A DNA stretch of 64,000 nucleotides from Leptolyngbyaceae cyanobacterium (GCA_965263355.1 CBDHHL010000032.1:1504001-1568000); one strand, 5' to 3'; shown: positions 32,023 to 43,158, numbered from the stretch's first letter. The notes: generated by a model not told the origin, from the letters alone. Translations and numbers: made by a program.

Positions 32023-33945
32023 CTATGAACCAACAACGCCACCATTTTTCCGCGTGATCACGATGGTGCTATCGCGAGGGATAGTCACACCATCGGTGGA
32101 AGCGGGGAAGTTGGTAAGTGTGGGATCACCGTTACCGGGGTGCTGGGTGTTAGTGAACAGGTTCTTGCGGTTAGGAGTCACTGCGATACCAGTGATCTCG
32201 TCACCAGCAACACCTGTAAACAAACGGCGAATCTCACCAGTGGCAGGGTCAGCTACCAACAGCTGGTTGTTTAGACCCTTCTTCTGGCCACCGTCAGTAC
32301 CGATGAACAGACGACCATCGGAGTCTGCCCACAGTGCATCAGGATCGCTGAATGTGGTCTCATCACCCTCTTCGTGAGTCTCTTCAGCAATGAACGGAAT
32401 AGTCCAAGTGAAGGTGGTACCCACATGGTTGTCGCCATCTACCATACGTAGAATGTGACCATCGGGATTAGGCGCTAGAGGACTACCAGGACCAACTTCC
32501 TCACGACGACTGTTGTTAGTAAGTGCCCAGAAGATAGAACCGTCAGGAGCAACGGTAGTCCACTCGGGACGATCCATGGGAGTTGCACCTAAAATGTCAG
32601 CTGCAACACGAGCGAAGACAAGAATTTCACCCTGATCCTTGAAGTGGGCCTTCAGAGCAGGGTTTTTGATGGTCAGCTCAAGCCACTCGCCAGTGCCATC
32701 TTCGTTGAACTTAGCAACGTAGAGCTTACCAAAGTCAAAGGGACTAATGCCACGGGCACGCATGGAGCGCCAGCTAGCCTGGGAAACAAACTTGTAGCAG
32801 TAGTCAAAGCGCTGGTCATCACCCATGTAACCAACAGCACGACCGCCAGCACCAGTAGCAAATGCAAAGCCCTCATGCTTAAAGCGACCTAAAGCAGTAC
32901 GCTTAACAGCTTTCTTGGAGCCATCGTAGGGATCGATTTCAACAATCCAGCCAAAGCGGTGCTGCTCGTTTGCATACTGGGAACTGGACAGGTCAAAGCG
33001 AGGATCATACTTTTCCCAACCGTAGCCAAAACCAGTAGGGCCGAAACCATAGCGCTCCTGCTCTTCAGTGGGTACCCAAGTACCCACTTCAGTGTCGGGG
33101 TTAAAGGTGCTGTCACCAAAGTAACCGTTGAAGTTCTCTTCGCAAGTTAGGTAAGTACCCCAAGGAGTGTAACCGTTACCGCAGTTGTTTACAGTACCTT
33201 GGAAAGCGTTGTTAGCAGCGTTCTTAAGCAAAGGATGATTCGCTGCAGGCCCGCTGAACTCAACCTCAGTGTTGACGTGGATGCGACGAGCGTTGGCGCT
33301 AGCAATACGTTCCCACTTGCCAGTATCACGCTTTGTGATTTCAACAACAGAAACACCGTGGGCATGCTGGGAAAGACGAACATCTTCCAAGCTCTCAGGT
33401 GCGTCCTTACCCAATACATGGCTGTTGCGACCAAATTCGTGGTTTACGCACAGCATACCTCGAGTATTGCTGGTGCCATTCTTGCCGAAGAACCAGATAC
33501 CGTCGTGACCGATACCGACCATCTCAGCTTGCTCAGCAGCAGTAGGACGAGTATTGGGGTTACCAGTGTACTCAGGACCACCAGGCTGAATGGACGTACC
33601 CCAAGGAATTAGGGCCTGATATTCATACTCTGGAGAGATTCTGGGTTCAGCTAGATTGGTATCGTCGGGAGTTGCTGTAATCGCATCGGCAATTTTTACC
33701 GCTGTGAAACCTAGCAAACCGCTAGTTTGAGCTAGCAGAGTACCACCAATACCGCCAGTTACTTGGCTAGTGGCAGCAGCAACACCTTTCGCCAACAAAC
33801 TTTCACCAATGAATGCGCCCATAAAGCCAGTGGCTGACAACACAGCACTGCGCTTAAGCAAATTGCGGCGAGACAGACTAGCTTTCATAACGTCCTCAAA
33901 GGGACGATTATTAGATCGATTACAAACTTCGTTGTCGTGAGACAT
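32023..33945 (-). CDS. phoX: PhoX-family alkaline phosphatase (Tat-exported)
   Basis: SRRNLLK Tat motif, NHE, NCGNGYTPWGTYLTCEEN, ALGRFKHE, MDRPE, NTQHPG. Confidence 0.92.
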   Translation of the reverse strand: MSHDNEVCNRSNNRPFEDVMKASLSRRNLLKRSAVLSATGFMGAFIGESLLAKGVAAATSQVTGGIGGTLLAQTSGLLGFTAVKIADAITATPDDTNLAEPRISPEYEYQALIPWGTSIQPGGPEYTGNPNTRPTAAEQAEMVGIGHDGIWFFGKNGTSNTRGMLCVNHEFGRNSHVLGKDAPESLEDVRLSQHAHGVSVVEITKRDTGKWERIASANARRIHVNTEVEFSGPAANHPLLKNAANNAFQGTVNNCGNGYTPWGTYLTCEENFNGYFGDSTFNPDTEVGTWVPTEEQERYGFGPTGFGYGWEKYDPRFDLSSSQYANEQHRFGWIVEIDPYDGSKKAVKRTALGRFKHEGFAFATGAGGRAVGYMGDDQRFDYCYKFVSQASWRSMRARGISPFDFGKLYVAKFNEDGTGEWLELTIKNPALKAHFKDQGEILVFARVAADILGATPMDRPEWTTVAPDGSIFWALTNNSRREEVGPGSPLAPNPDGHILRMVDGDNHVGTTFTWTIPFIAEETHEEGDETTFSDPDALWADSDGRLFIGTDGGQKKGLNNQLLVADPATGEIRRLFTGVAGDEITGIAVTPNRKNLFTNTQHPGNGDPTLTNFPASTDGVTIPRDSTIVITRKNGGVVGS

Positions 33946-34105
33946 TGGGATAAGATCTCCTCTCTTAGATCGTAGTTGCACTATCAACGAGCGTGAGCCG
34001 TCAACTCCTTGAAGGCTTAACCTTCAAAGCTGGCCCTCCAAAACTGGTAAGTGGCAGTTTCCTAATAAGAAGCCTTTTCTGTTAAAGACACCTTGTTGCG
34101 AAATG

Positions 34106-34654
34106 CTAATCCACAAAATCCACGTAGGACTGCGTAGTTCGACCGTCCAGTCGACCTGAGTCGAACTGCCGATCAAACTGGGCAGATATTCCTCGTGAAG
34201 CAACAGCCGTAGAGCGACGAGATGGACTGGTAGCTACCTGAGTTGGCTGCGAAGTATCGTGTCTCCGAATCAAAGCGTGCGCTCTGTAATACTTTGTCCA
34301 GGCGCTCACTTGTGAATTTTCCTGCCATTGCGTTCGAGAAACAGTGGTGGTCAAAATTGGGACAATGTCACCATTGCGACTCCCAAGCACAACAACCTCA
34401 ATCTCAGCAAGGTCAGGGTTGCTATCAAAGTAACGGTTAATCTCTTGGCTAACCATAGACTCAGCTTGACCAAATAAGTCATCACTAGAAGTCCGGCTGT
34501 AGACGGGCATTTCCAAAAGAACAGGCCCATTAGAACTAGCTACAGCTGCCTTTGAAAAACCGACCAAGGAAACGGTACCAACAAAACATGCAGCCACAGG
34601 CAAAAAGCCCAGCAGAAATCTGCTAGAGCACATAAAAAGACGATTGACCAACAT
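34106..34654 (-). CDS. Conserved cyanobacterial hypothetical exported protein
   Basis: N-terminal hydrophobic signal; VVLG...IVPIL...VSR.QW...W..YY pattern. Confidence 0.7.
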   Translation of the reverse strand: MLVNRLFMCSSRFLLGFLPVAACFVGTVSLVGFSKAAVASSNGPVLLEMPVYSRTSSDDLFGQAESMVSQEINRYFDSNPDLAEIEVVVLGSRNGDIVPILTTTVSRTQWQENSQVSAWTKYYRAHALIRRHDTSQPTQVATSPSRRSTAVASRGISAQFDRQFDSGRLDGRTTQSYVDFVD

Positions 34655-34757
34655 ATATGCTTGGCAATACTTATGTGATTAAAAATTCAGGTAGCGTCGG
34701 TTGTTGACCTAGCCCACTCATCCCCACGTCATATAGTTCCATAAACTAACTTTTTGC

Positions 34758-34797
34758 AGGTTAATGGAAGGTTAATGATAGTTTTTATGTAGTTAAA
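34758..34797 (-). promoter_or_regulatory. Pho-box-like direct repeats (SphR/PhoB type)
   Basis: Minus strand TTTAACTA, AAAAACTA, ATTAACCT, ATTAACCT at 10-11 bp period, upstream of the genes leading to phoX. Confidence 0.65.
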
Positions 34798-34981
34798 GAT
34801 AACCTTGTGCTCTGACTACAAAAAGGTCACAAAACGCCTTCTCTAGAGGATTTAATCCTTTAATCAAACGGATAACTTTTATGTATGATTTCTAGGTGCT
34901 TTAATGTTGTTTTTAGATTTATGCGTAAACATACGTAAATCCTAATGGCAACCGCTGCGTTTCATTACCTATGACGGCTCA

Positions 34982-36721
34982 CTAAGATTTGCGATTTTCT
35001 GAAGACGGGTGTTTGGTAAGTTTGCTGAGGCTATCGTCTGACAGCGTCACTGGTAATGGTCCCTGGGGTAGATGGATATCTCTCTGGGGAAAGGGAATTT
35101 CGATGCCGACTTTACGAAAGGCGGTGGCGATCGCAAAATTTAAATCGCTACGAATCTTGGGATACAGCTTAGGTTCACGAATCCACACCAGCAGTTCAAA
35201 CTCCATGGAGTTTTCACCAAAGCGCATCAAAAATACTTCCGGGGCCGGCGCTGCCATGACCTCGGAATGCTCACGACCCACTTCCAACAAAACCGCTTTT
35301 ACGATGTCTGGGTTGCTACTGTAAGCCACTCCTATGGGAATATGGATGCGTGAAAGGGGATTGCGATGGCTCCAGTTAATCACATCCTGCTCTAGAAACC
35401 GTGAGTTAGGCACAATAATCGAAACCTGATCCAGGGTACGAATGTCGGTGCTACGGGGACCAATGCGATCAACCTGCCCCATTTTTCCATCAAGTTCAAT
35501 AAAATCGCCTACCTGGATGGGGCGCTCAAACACTAGTACCAGACCACTACTAATATCTTTCGCAATATTCTGTAGCCCTAAACCAAGTCCTACACCCAGG
35601 GCACTGGCAATGAGAGTTAGGGAACTAAGGTCAATGCCCCAAAGCTGCAAAACAGCAATTATTCCGACAAACAAAATGGCATAGCGCATCAGGATGGCAA
35701 TAGCCGCTTGCATACCCAGGCTGAGGCCAGAGGCTTGTAGGAGACGCGATCGCAACACATTTGTGGAAATTTTTGCTAGCAGGATCAACGCCCCCAGCCA
35801 GCCAAGTAAAGCCAAAATGTCAGCGATGGAGAGGTTAGTTTCCCCCAGCGGTAAGGATTGCCCCACAAAAATGGACACGAGCCCGTCCTGTACTCGATTG
35901 GCCCAGGTGCGGGTGATTCGAAACTGTTTGACTACAAACAGTAAGGCCCACACCCAGAGAATTAGACGGAGCACCAGGAGTAACAACTGGGCACTAAACC
36001 GAGCCAAGGAAAATTCAGGACGGCTAAGGCCAGTATTACCGGGCTGGGGTTGCGTAACGGGGACGGGCAGGAGGGGCAAAAGGTAGCGTCGCCAAAGATT
36101 CCCTAGTAAATAGTGAAGGCCAACGGCCCCTAACAGGACGGCCAGGGAAATAACTATGGCCTGCAGTAGATAATCGCCACTGCGCTCCCGTCTCGCTTGA
36201 GCAACACCATCCTGAATCTTCTCTGCCCAATCGCTGGCCAGCTCGTCTAGCGTTTCTTCTTTAACGTTGATTGGCGGATCCATTGCCCGCAAATCATTGG
36301 CCGTAACCGACAAAAGCTGACGCCCTGTTGAGCGTGACCAGCCGTTATAAATAATCGGTGTATAGCCAGACGTATCAACTCGCAAGGATAGCGAATCTTT
36401 GGATTTTGATAGCTGCGCAATCTCCCAGTTGATGCCCTGGGCCCTTTGGGTAACCGTTAGCTCTTCGGTCTCTGCCACCTCAAATAGGCGTTGACTATCG
36501 ACCACAATCCAGGCCGTAGCAATATCCTCTTCCTGGACAATACTCTCTTGGTTCTTGCTACCCTGGGCTAGCGGCTCGGGAGAACTCAAGCAAGTCAGGC
36601 CCAGCAGCCCACTAAGCAACATGCCAATCACAAATCTACGGGCAATTTGCCAGTTTAGTTGAGACTTCCTACGATACACAATAGGATCAAAAAATCGCCT
36701 TAACACTGTCCGCCATTCCAT
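34982..36721 (-). CDS. MscS-family mechanosensitive channel
   Basis: ALGVGLGLGLQNIAKD..SGL...FERPIQVGD, IIVPNS, GVAY, IEIPFPQRD. Confidence 0.92.
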   Translation of the reverse strand: MEWRTVLRRFFDPIVYRRKSQLNWQIARRFVIGMLLSGLLGLTCLSSPEPLAQGSKNQESIVQEEDIATAWIVVDSQRLFEVAETEELTVTQRAQGINWEIAQLSKSKDSLSLRVDTSGYTPIIYNGWSRSTGRQLLSVTANDLRAMDPPINVKEETLDELASDWAEKIQDGVAQARRERSGDYLLQAIVISLAVLLGAVGLHYLLGNLWRRYLLPLLPVPVTQPQPGNTGLSRPEFSLARFSAQLLLLVLRLILWVWALLFVVKQFRITRTWANRVQDGLVSIFVGQSLPLGETNLSIADILALLGWLGALILLAKISTNVLRSRLLQASGLSLGMQAAIAILMRYAILFVGIIAVLQLWGIDLSSLTLIASALGVGLGLGLQNIAKDISSGLVLVFERPIQVGDFIELDGKMGQVDRIGPRSTDIRTLDQVSIIVPNSRFLEQDVINWSHRNPLSRIHIPIGVAYSSNPDIVKAVLLEVGREHSEVMAAPAPEVFLMRFGENSMEFELLVWIREPKLYPKIRSDLNFAIATAFRKVGIEIPFPQRDIHLPQGPLPVTLSDDSLSKLTKHPSSENRKS

Positions 36722-36767
36722 TGAGCTTGGCCTATCCTACAGTGTTTTAACAAGACCTGTCAGACAA

Positions 36768-37442
36768 TTAGCGGAGTTTGCTCTGGCGATACTTTTGGGC
36801 AAAAAATGGCATCAGGGATAGCCCCATGAGTAGGCTTAAGCAAATGGCAACGGGCCACCATTGACCGCCTTGCAAGGCGTCTACACCGGTCACTCCTAAC
36901 CATGTGTAAGCCATGGTGCCTGGAATAATGCCAATCAGGGTACCAATGGCATAGGGGGTGACTGAAATGTTGGTCAGACCAAATAAAAAGTTCACTACAT
37001 TAAACGGTGAAATGGGCGCAAATCGTACCGCTAAAACACAGGTCAATGCCTGGTTTTCCATGGTGTGATCCAACCGTTTGAAGACACCTTGGAATCGGGG
37101 GTGCCGACAAAACCGACGCTCAAACCATTCGTGGAGTAAATAGCGAGCCAGCCAAAAGGCAACTACTGCACCAGCTGTTGCACCAATAATTGACCACAGA
37201 GTGCCCCAAAGTAATCCAAACAAAGCACCCCCTAGAACAACGAGTACAGTGCCTGGTACCCCCAGAGCGGCAGCCAACGTATGGGCACCCAAAAAAACAG
37301 GAACTTGCCAATGGCCTGCATTTTGAAGTATTTCTGTCAGTGCCTGATGATCAAATAAAAAACAAACCAATTGCCAACAACAAACCATCATTAAGGCTGC
37401 TATCAGCCACCCTAAGAATTGATGTTTCTTAAGCATGGGCAC
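36768..37442 (-). CDS. TVP38/TMEM64 (DedA/VTT) membrane protein
   Basis: GGALFG...GATAGA...FWLARY, VRFAPISPFNVVNFLFGLT, GIIPGT. Confidence 0.88.
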   Translation of the reverse strand: MPMLKKHQFLGWLIAALMMVCCWQLVCFLFDHQALTEILQNAGHWQVPVFLGAHTLAAALGVPGTVLVVLGGALFGLLWGTLWSIIGATAGAVVAFWLARYLLHEWFERRFCRHPRFQGVFKRLDHTMENQALTCVLAVRFAPISPFNVVNFLFGLTNISVTPYAIGTLIGIIPGTMAYTWLGVTGVDALQGGQWWPVAICLSLLMGLSLMPFFAQKYRQSKLR

Positions 37443-37566
37443 TCGAAAAGGGGAAACCTCAAACAGACAGATGACAATAACCTAACTTAAACCACGTCCA
37501 AGTTGAAGTCGATAGTGTCCTCTAGGTCAAAACTTCAATTCTGGGAGTGGTTTAAGTTAGGCTGAT

Positions 37567-38376
37567 TTAAGATTGAGAGGGCACACTCTCCTCAGATACG
37601 CCCTGTAGAGCATTACGGGCAATCCGAGTAATGTATACCGTGATCGCAACAACGGTGACGAAAATCAAAATCTTAATTGTCCAGTCGATAATTGGATTAG
37701 ACGGAACGTCGCCAGTGCCCAAGGTAGCCAGGTCTTTAACAAGAGAACCTAGGTACACATACATGATAGTTCCTGGAAGAATGCCTGTTGTTCCCAGAAC
37801 ATAGTCAGTTAGGGAAACTTGCGTTAAGCCTAACGCGTAATTCAATAGATTAAAGGGAAAAGCAGGGGATAAGCGAATTAAAAAGACAAGTTTTCTACCC
37901 TCTTTTGCGATCGCATCATCAATAGCTGCAAACTTTTTGTTACCTGCAATCTTGTTGGCAATCCAATCACGAGCCACATAACGTCCAATCAAAAATGCAG
38001 CCGTTGCCCCCAACATTGCCGCAACAAAAACCAGGAATGACCCCTGCACAACGCCAAAAATAAAACCCGCTCCCAGGGTGACAATTGATGCGGGTAAAAA
38101 CGCTACTGTGATGATGATATACAGAAGAATAAAGACCAGAGGAGCCCACCAGCCCAACGATTGGATCCACTCTAGGGTGTTGACCAACTGATTTTGTAAC
38201 CCTTGAAAGAAGCCGACAGAGTCACCCGTACCTTGGGCCATAGCTGGAGCCGCCGCCAGAAATAGCATACCGATAAAAGCGAATGACATAAATTTGGTCA
38301 GTAACTGGGTCAGTTTTGACAGATGCTTTGATTGATAATTTGTCAGTGAGCCAAGTATATTTCCAGAACGTTTCAT
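37567..38376 (-). CDS. TVP38/TMEM64 (DedA/VTT) membrane protein
   Basis: TLGAGFIFG, RLSPAFPFNLLNYALGLT, GILPGT.MYVYLG. Confidence 0.9.
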   Translation of the reverse strand: MKRSGNILGSLTNYQSKHLSKLTQLLTKFMSFAFIGMLFLAAAPAMAQGTGDSVGFFQGLQNQLVNTLEWIQSLGWWAPLVFILLYIIITVAFLPASIVTLGAGFIFGVVQGSFLVFVAAMLGATAAFLIGRYVARDWIANKIAGNKKFAAIDDAIAKEGRKLVFLIRLSPAFPFNLLNYALGLTQVSLTDYVLGTTGILPGTIMYVYLGSLVKDLATLGTGDVPSNPIIDWTIKILIFVTVVAITVYITRIARNALQGVSEESVPSQS

Positions 38377-38445
38377 TACAGATACTCCTATGAAGTTTAC
38401 CTTGGCAAGGCATAGTTTCAGGGAGGCCCCAAACCATGCCTCGCT

Positions 38446-39447
38446 TTAGACTAACGAACCACCACAGCTAGAACCGCTGCCAGCAGTACAGCCAAAACAA
38501 TAGGGCCGGGTTTGAACTAGAGCAATCACATCCAACGTGCCCTGCTCAAGCAATGACTTGATCGTTATAGGCTGTCCTTGACCATCTAAAGCAGGTAGCC
38601 CCTCCATTTGATTAAAGTCGCAGTCATAGACCTGTCCCAGATAATCCACAGACAGTTCATTGCGACACATCAAACGCTCTACTGTGCCAGCATTGTGGTG
38701 CTGAGCTAAAAAGTTTAGATAGGGCTGATGGAGCTGACGATGAGACAGGTGAAATTTGGTGCGGCCAATGGGCAGATTTGTAATGGTAAACAGATGATTA
38801 AACTGAATCCCAAAATGCTCATTCAGGTAGGCCTTATAATCCTTCTCTAGCCCGACTTGCCCCGGGGTGAGGGAAAAGTTGTCGGAGGTGGGTACGGGGG
38901 GGTTATAAACCAGGTCAATTAACAGATGTGGATCCGTTCCATACCCTTTTTGATTCAGCAGTTGCAGGGCCTGAATAGAGTCTTGATAGACGCCCTGACC
39001 CCGCATTTTGTCGACGTTATCTTCTAAATAGCAGGGAAGTGATGCCACCACCCTGAGCTGATGTTGAGCAAAATAATCAGGTAGATCCTCATAGCCTGGT
39101 TCAAAAAAGATGGTCAAATTTGAGCGGACGATGACTTCCTTACCTTGACTGCGAGCCGCTTCCACAATGGGGCGAAACCCGTAGTTCATCTCCGGTGCCC
39201 CCCCGGTTAAGTCCACCGTTTGAAGTTGTGGAAAGCGATGAATCATCTCTACCAGCTGATCGCACACCTCGGGGGATAACTCCTCAGTGCGCTGAGGTCC
39301 AGCTTCCACATGACAGTGACTGCAGCTGAGATTGCACTTACGGCCTAAATTGATTTGTAAAACGCTGATGGTCGTTTTGGTCAATGGTTGACCTAAAGTA
39401 GCCTCAAAACTGGGTAATGTCTGTGGAACGGGAATTGACTGGACCAT
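38446..39447 (-). CDS. arsS: Arsenosugar biosynthesis radical SAM protein ArsS (DUF3641)
   Basis: CNLSCSHC, DLTGGAPE, ASLPCY, YDCDFNQM, CFGCTAGSGSSCGG. Confidence 0.88.
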   Translation of the reverse strand: MVQSIPVPQTLPSFEATLGQPLTKTTISVLQINLGRKCNLSCSHCHVEAGPQRTEELSPEVCDQLVEMIHRFPQLQTVDLTGGAPEMNYGFRPIVEAARSQGKEVIVRSNLTIFFEPGYEDLPDYFAQHQLRVVASLPCYLEDNVDKMRGQGVYQDSIQALQLLNQKGYGTDPHLLIDLVYNPPVPTSDNFSLTPGQVGLEKDYKAYLNEHFGIQFNHLFTITNLPIGRTKFHLSHRQLHQPYLNFLAQHHNAGTVERLMCRNELSVDYLGQVYDCDFNQMEGLPALDGQGQPITIKSLLEQGTLDVIALVQTRPYCFGCTAGSGSSCGGSLV

Positions 39448-40696
39448 AGTCTAGGAAATAGATGATTTACAGAATGCAGCCGGGAAGGTTGACTTCCACG
39501 ACTGTCATTGAACGATACCTTACTGAATTTTTCCTTAGAAACTTACATATAATCGCTGAAACAGCTGATTCATTACAGGGAGGCCTAGATACCCGTTGGG
39601 TTCCTCAAAGCAACAATTCAACAACCGATGGAGATTGGACAGGGCTATTGATCCCATCCAGAAGAAACGAGTTGCAACTGAGTTGGATGATCCAGGGTTG
39701 TTATTCCAACTGTAGGAAGCTGGCATTGGATTTGTGGTTTAGGAGAATGCGTTGGGATCTACTCGCGTGATTAAGGTGCTGAACGACGGTCTCTCTAAGG
39801 CTGTAGTACTTAGGCGCAATATCTATTGCCCAGGGTTATGAGCTACTGAGTTGCAGAGAGACTAGCGGTAGAGTTCGGAGACTGTTGCAGAGTTTAGGAA
39901 ATTAAGATGACGCTGAGAGTTATCGAAGGTTATCCATAGGCCCAATGGTCTCAAGTAGGATTCTGTATCGATGAAGGGTACTAGCGTCAGCCATGCTTCC
40001 AGGGTTACAGGGTAAAGAGTCACTCTTCATTTTTAGGCTACAGAAGCTTGATGTTGCAAAAAACGCTAATTTCCGAATGTTACTGTGTAAAAATACTGAG
40101 GCTCTTTACGTAAAATCACTGAACGTTAATAGTGGTTGGTCACCGGATGCGTAGAATCTCTAAGAATCTGATATACCCCGGTCCAATAGCTTTTAATAAG
40201 GCTTATGTTTGTCATTGAGGATAGATGCTTTTGGATTGCTCCCATTGGCTGTGCAGTGCTTCACCCTCAACTAAATCAAAGATTATGGTTGGAGTACTGC
40301 ACAGTTTTCAGATAGCAAAATCATGGTTGAAGGTAGAGATAATGGTCATTAACTATTCGACTTACAACCGGGTAAAAACTGAGGTGTTTGATTCTGCTTA
40401 TTGTGGTTTCGGGGGGGCTCAGTATTTAATTCTTGGATGCCATACTTACTATCGACTGCAATTAGAGTGTGAGGCGATGGCAACTCAATCGAGTCTGCAA
40501 GAGCCTTTAATCGAGTTTCTGGGGCTTCCTATCGTTGTAGATCCTGAATCAGCGGTTCGTATAACGGTCGTTAAAGAACCCTTGCAGGCTATGAAGCAAG
40601 GGTTCCGACGTTTTGGAACCCCCGCTTAACGTCGCCGTATGGGAAACTCCACTTTATGGGTATCAATGCAAAGCAGGACGATTTCCTCAGTGACAT

Positions 40697-40764
40697 AGAA
40701 TTCGGAGTTCGGAGTTCAGAATGCGGTCCCTTGCCGAATTCCGACTTTCAAATTCCGAATTCTG
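40697..40764. repeat. Short heptamer repeats forming an inverted pair
   Basis: GAATTCGGAGTTCGGAGTTCAG...CCGAATTCCGACTTTCAAATTCCGAATTC. Confidence 0.55.
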
Positions 40765-40769
40765 ATCCA

Positions 40770-42562
40770 TCACACATACATAAACTGATTTGAATTAGTC
40801 AGGTCCAGACTGGCAGAATTTATCCCTTGAACAATACCAATCAGGTCACCGGCATAGTGGATACCAGCACCCGCAATACCATTCACTGACACATTGCTTA
40901 GAGAATAGGACACCGCACTGCCCAACAGCTGAATTCTGTCGGCAATGTCTCCTAAAAAGTCATATACATCAAAGTCTTTAATCACCGCAAAGTCAGCATT
41001 GCCATAATCGTTGTAATATACGCCTTTATTGTCACCGAGAATAAAGGTATCGCGATCGCTAAGGCTGCCGCTGATCAGAATGTCGCGTTCGCCAGTTCCC
41101 TGAAATGCATGTGCAGTGCCATTGATACGGTCGTTGCCAAGGCCACCAACAATGACATCATGGCCACTACCGCCAAGGAGATAATCGTGGCCACCACTGC
41201 CCCAAAGACGATCATTACCGCCAAAACCATGCAACACATCATTACCTGCATGACCCACCAGGGAATTTTTAGCCCCGTTACCGTAGATGCGGTCATGGCC
41301 AGAGCCACAGGCATTTTCAATTAGCGATCGCACATCGCCCTTAAACTGTAAGGCATTAAACACATGCCCCCGAGCATAGTGACCACCGCCTAGATAGGCC
41401 CGTTGGGCATTGTCACCCACATCCAAATCACTCCAATGCCCAGGTAAAAGGCTAATACTGAGATTAGTTTTGTAATTAGCAAAATTATAAGTATCAATGC
41501 CATTGCCATCCCAAATGGTACGAAAAATGCGATTCGCTCCGGGGTTACCCTGCCCCACACCATTGATCTGCCACCATAGGCATTTTCAATTAGCGATCGC
41601 ACATCGCCCTTAAACTGTAAGGCATTAAACACATGCCCCCGAGCATAGTGACCACCGCCTAGATAGGCCCGTTGGGCATTGTCACCCACATCCAAATCAC
41701 TCCAATGCCCAGGTAAAAGGCTAATACTGAGATTAGTTTTGTAATTAGCAAAATTATAAGTATCAATGCCATTGCCATCCCAAATGGTACGAAAAATGCG
41801 ATTCGCTCCGGGGTTACCCTGCCCCACACCATTGACAAACATCTGGCCGGTTGTGGGTGAAAACGTGTAGTTCGTATTGGTGGCATTGTAGTTGAAATTC
41901 GCGCCATACATTTCCTGGATAGCCCTGATGTCATACATCATCAGAGATTGAGCAAATCCATAGGTTTCATTGCCATAGCCGCCGCCATTGTCGCCAATGT
42001 AGGAGTTGTACGTCATAATTGAGAATTCCATCGAATCTCGATTGGCATTCGTGGAAACATTGCGAATGCTACCAATCCCTTCATGACCATGGGTGAGGCC
42101 AAGGGCATGGCCAATTTCGTGACCAAAGGTGTGATAAGCATAGTTACCCTTGATAGGAGTGTTATAGTTTGTTTTGTTAAACCAGATATCACCCCCTGCA
42201 ACATGGGTATGAGGCAGATAGGCATAGGCTGTGCTGGGATGGCTGGATTCTGCCATACGGATGGTTGCATGTCGGTCATTAGCGCCCGTCAGCTCAATTA
42301 GATTCAGCCCTGAAACGCTTTCATACATAGCCATCCATTCACGGGTAGCGGCTCGCTGGATGGCATTGAGACTGGAAAACGTTGCATTATGGAGGCCATT
42401 ATCGGGATAACCAGACTCGTCCTCGTAGTCATTGCGGAAGTTATTGGTAAAACTAAAGGTGATATTTTTGGATGCCCAACGTTTGTAACCGACCAAACTA
42501 TCAATGTTATTGTTGCCAGTTGCAATGTTGTTCACTGTACTCACACCGATGCCGTAAGCCAT
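40770..42562 (-). pseudogene. Serralysin-like M10 metalloprotease with RTX repeats, frameshifted by an internal tandem duplication
   Basis: HEIGHALGLTH, SIMTY Met-turn, TIWDGNGIDT, GGxGxD repeats; 258-bp copies at 41309-41566 and 41578-41835 (offset 269, not a multiple of 3). Confidence 0.85.
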
Positions 42563-42898
42563 TATTCGATCTCCAATCGCAGAAATAGTGGGCTTTTTCA
42601 CAAAAGAGAATGGCGATAATGGAAAATGGATATGAGAAACTAAAACACTCAAAACAGTGTTTTTCGCCTAATAAAATATCAGGCAGAAAAAATCTTAAAC
42701 CCATAGAAGTCAGCCACTATCAGCTTATGCAGAGTGATTTGACTTCCATAACCGTCTCAATATTGTGAATCTTCAAACCATGTTTTGAAGACATCTCAAG
42801 TGTGTCAAATAAAAAAACAATTTGGCAGGCTTAAAAGTCTATAAATTAGCAACAAAATTGTCAGCAAAAACATTTGTCGCCAGGGCAATAGATCATAA

Positions 42899-43008
42899 AA
42901 AGTCATACCTGACAGATGACTTTGCAGAATCTATCTAAAGCTTGGCCAACGTTATACTCAAAAAGTCAGTTCGTAAAGTCATACGGCGCTTTAAAGTCAT
43001 ATGACTTT
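42899..43008. promoter_or_regulatory. Cluster of AAAGTCA/TGACTTT motifs
   Basis: Six copies in 110 bp, including the perfect palindrome AAAGTCATATGACTTT (42993-43008). Confidence 0.55.
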
Positions 43009-43047
43009 GCATGCAAATCATATGGGACTGGTGCAAGATTATAAACT

Positions 43048-43081
43048 AAAAAAACGCCGCTCGATTCAATCGAGCGGCGTT
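43048..43081 (-). terminator. Intrinsic terminator of the RTX gene
   Basis: AACGCCGCTCGAT-TCA-ATCGAGCGGCGTT with a T-run on the minus strand. Confidence 0.8.
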
Positions 43082-43158
43082 CGAAGTCAACGCTTTATCA
43101 TGTCACGACGATGCTGTAGTGGTTAAATACTGGGACATTGCCCCAAACAAGATATTGC

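Noticed and set aside
39462..40629. ORFs in the 1.3-kb gap upstream of arsS
   Set aside because: No recognisable motifs; a short gene near 40477-40629 cannot be excluded
42700..42732. Third copy of the GCATAA sigma promoter upstream of the protease gene
   Set aside because: GCATAA is present on the minus strand but GAGT is not at the required spacing
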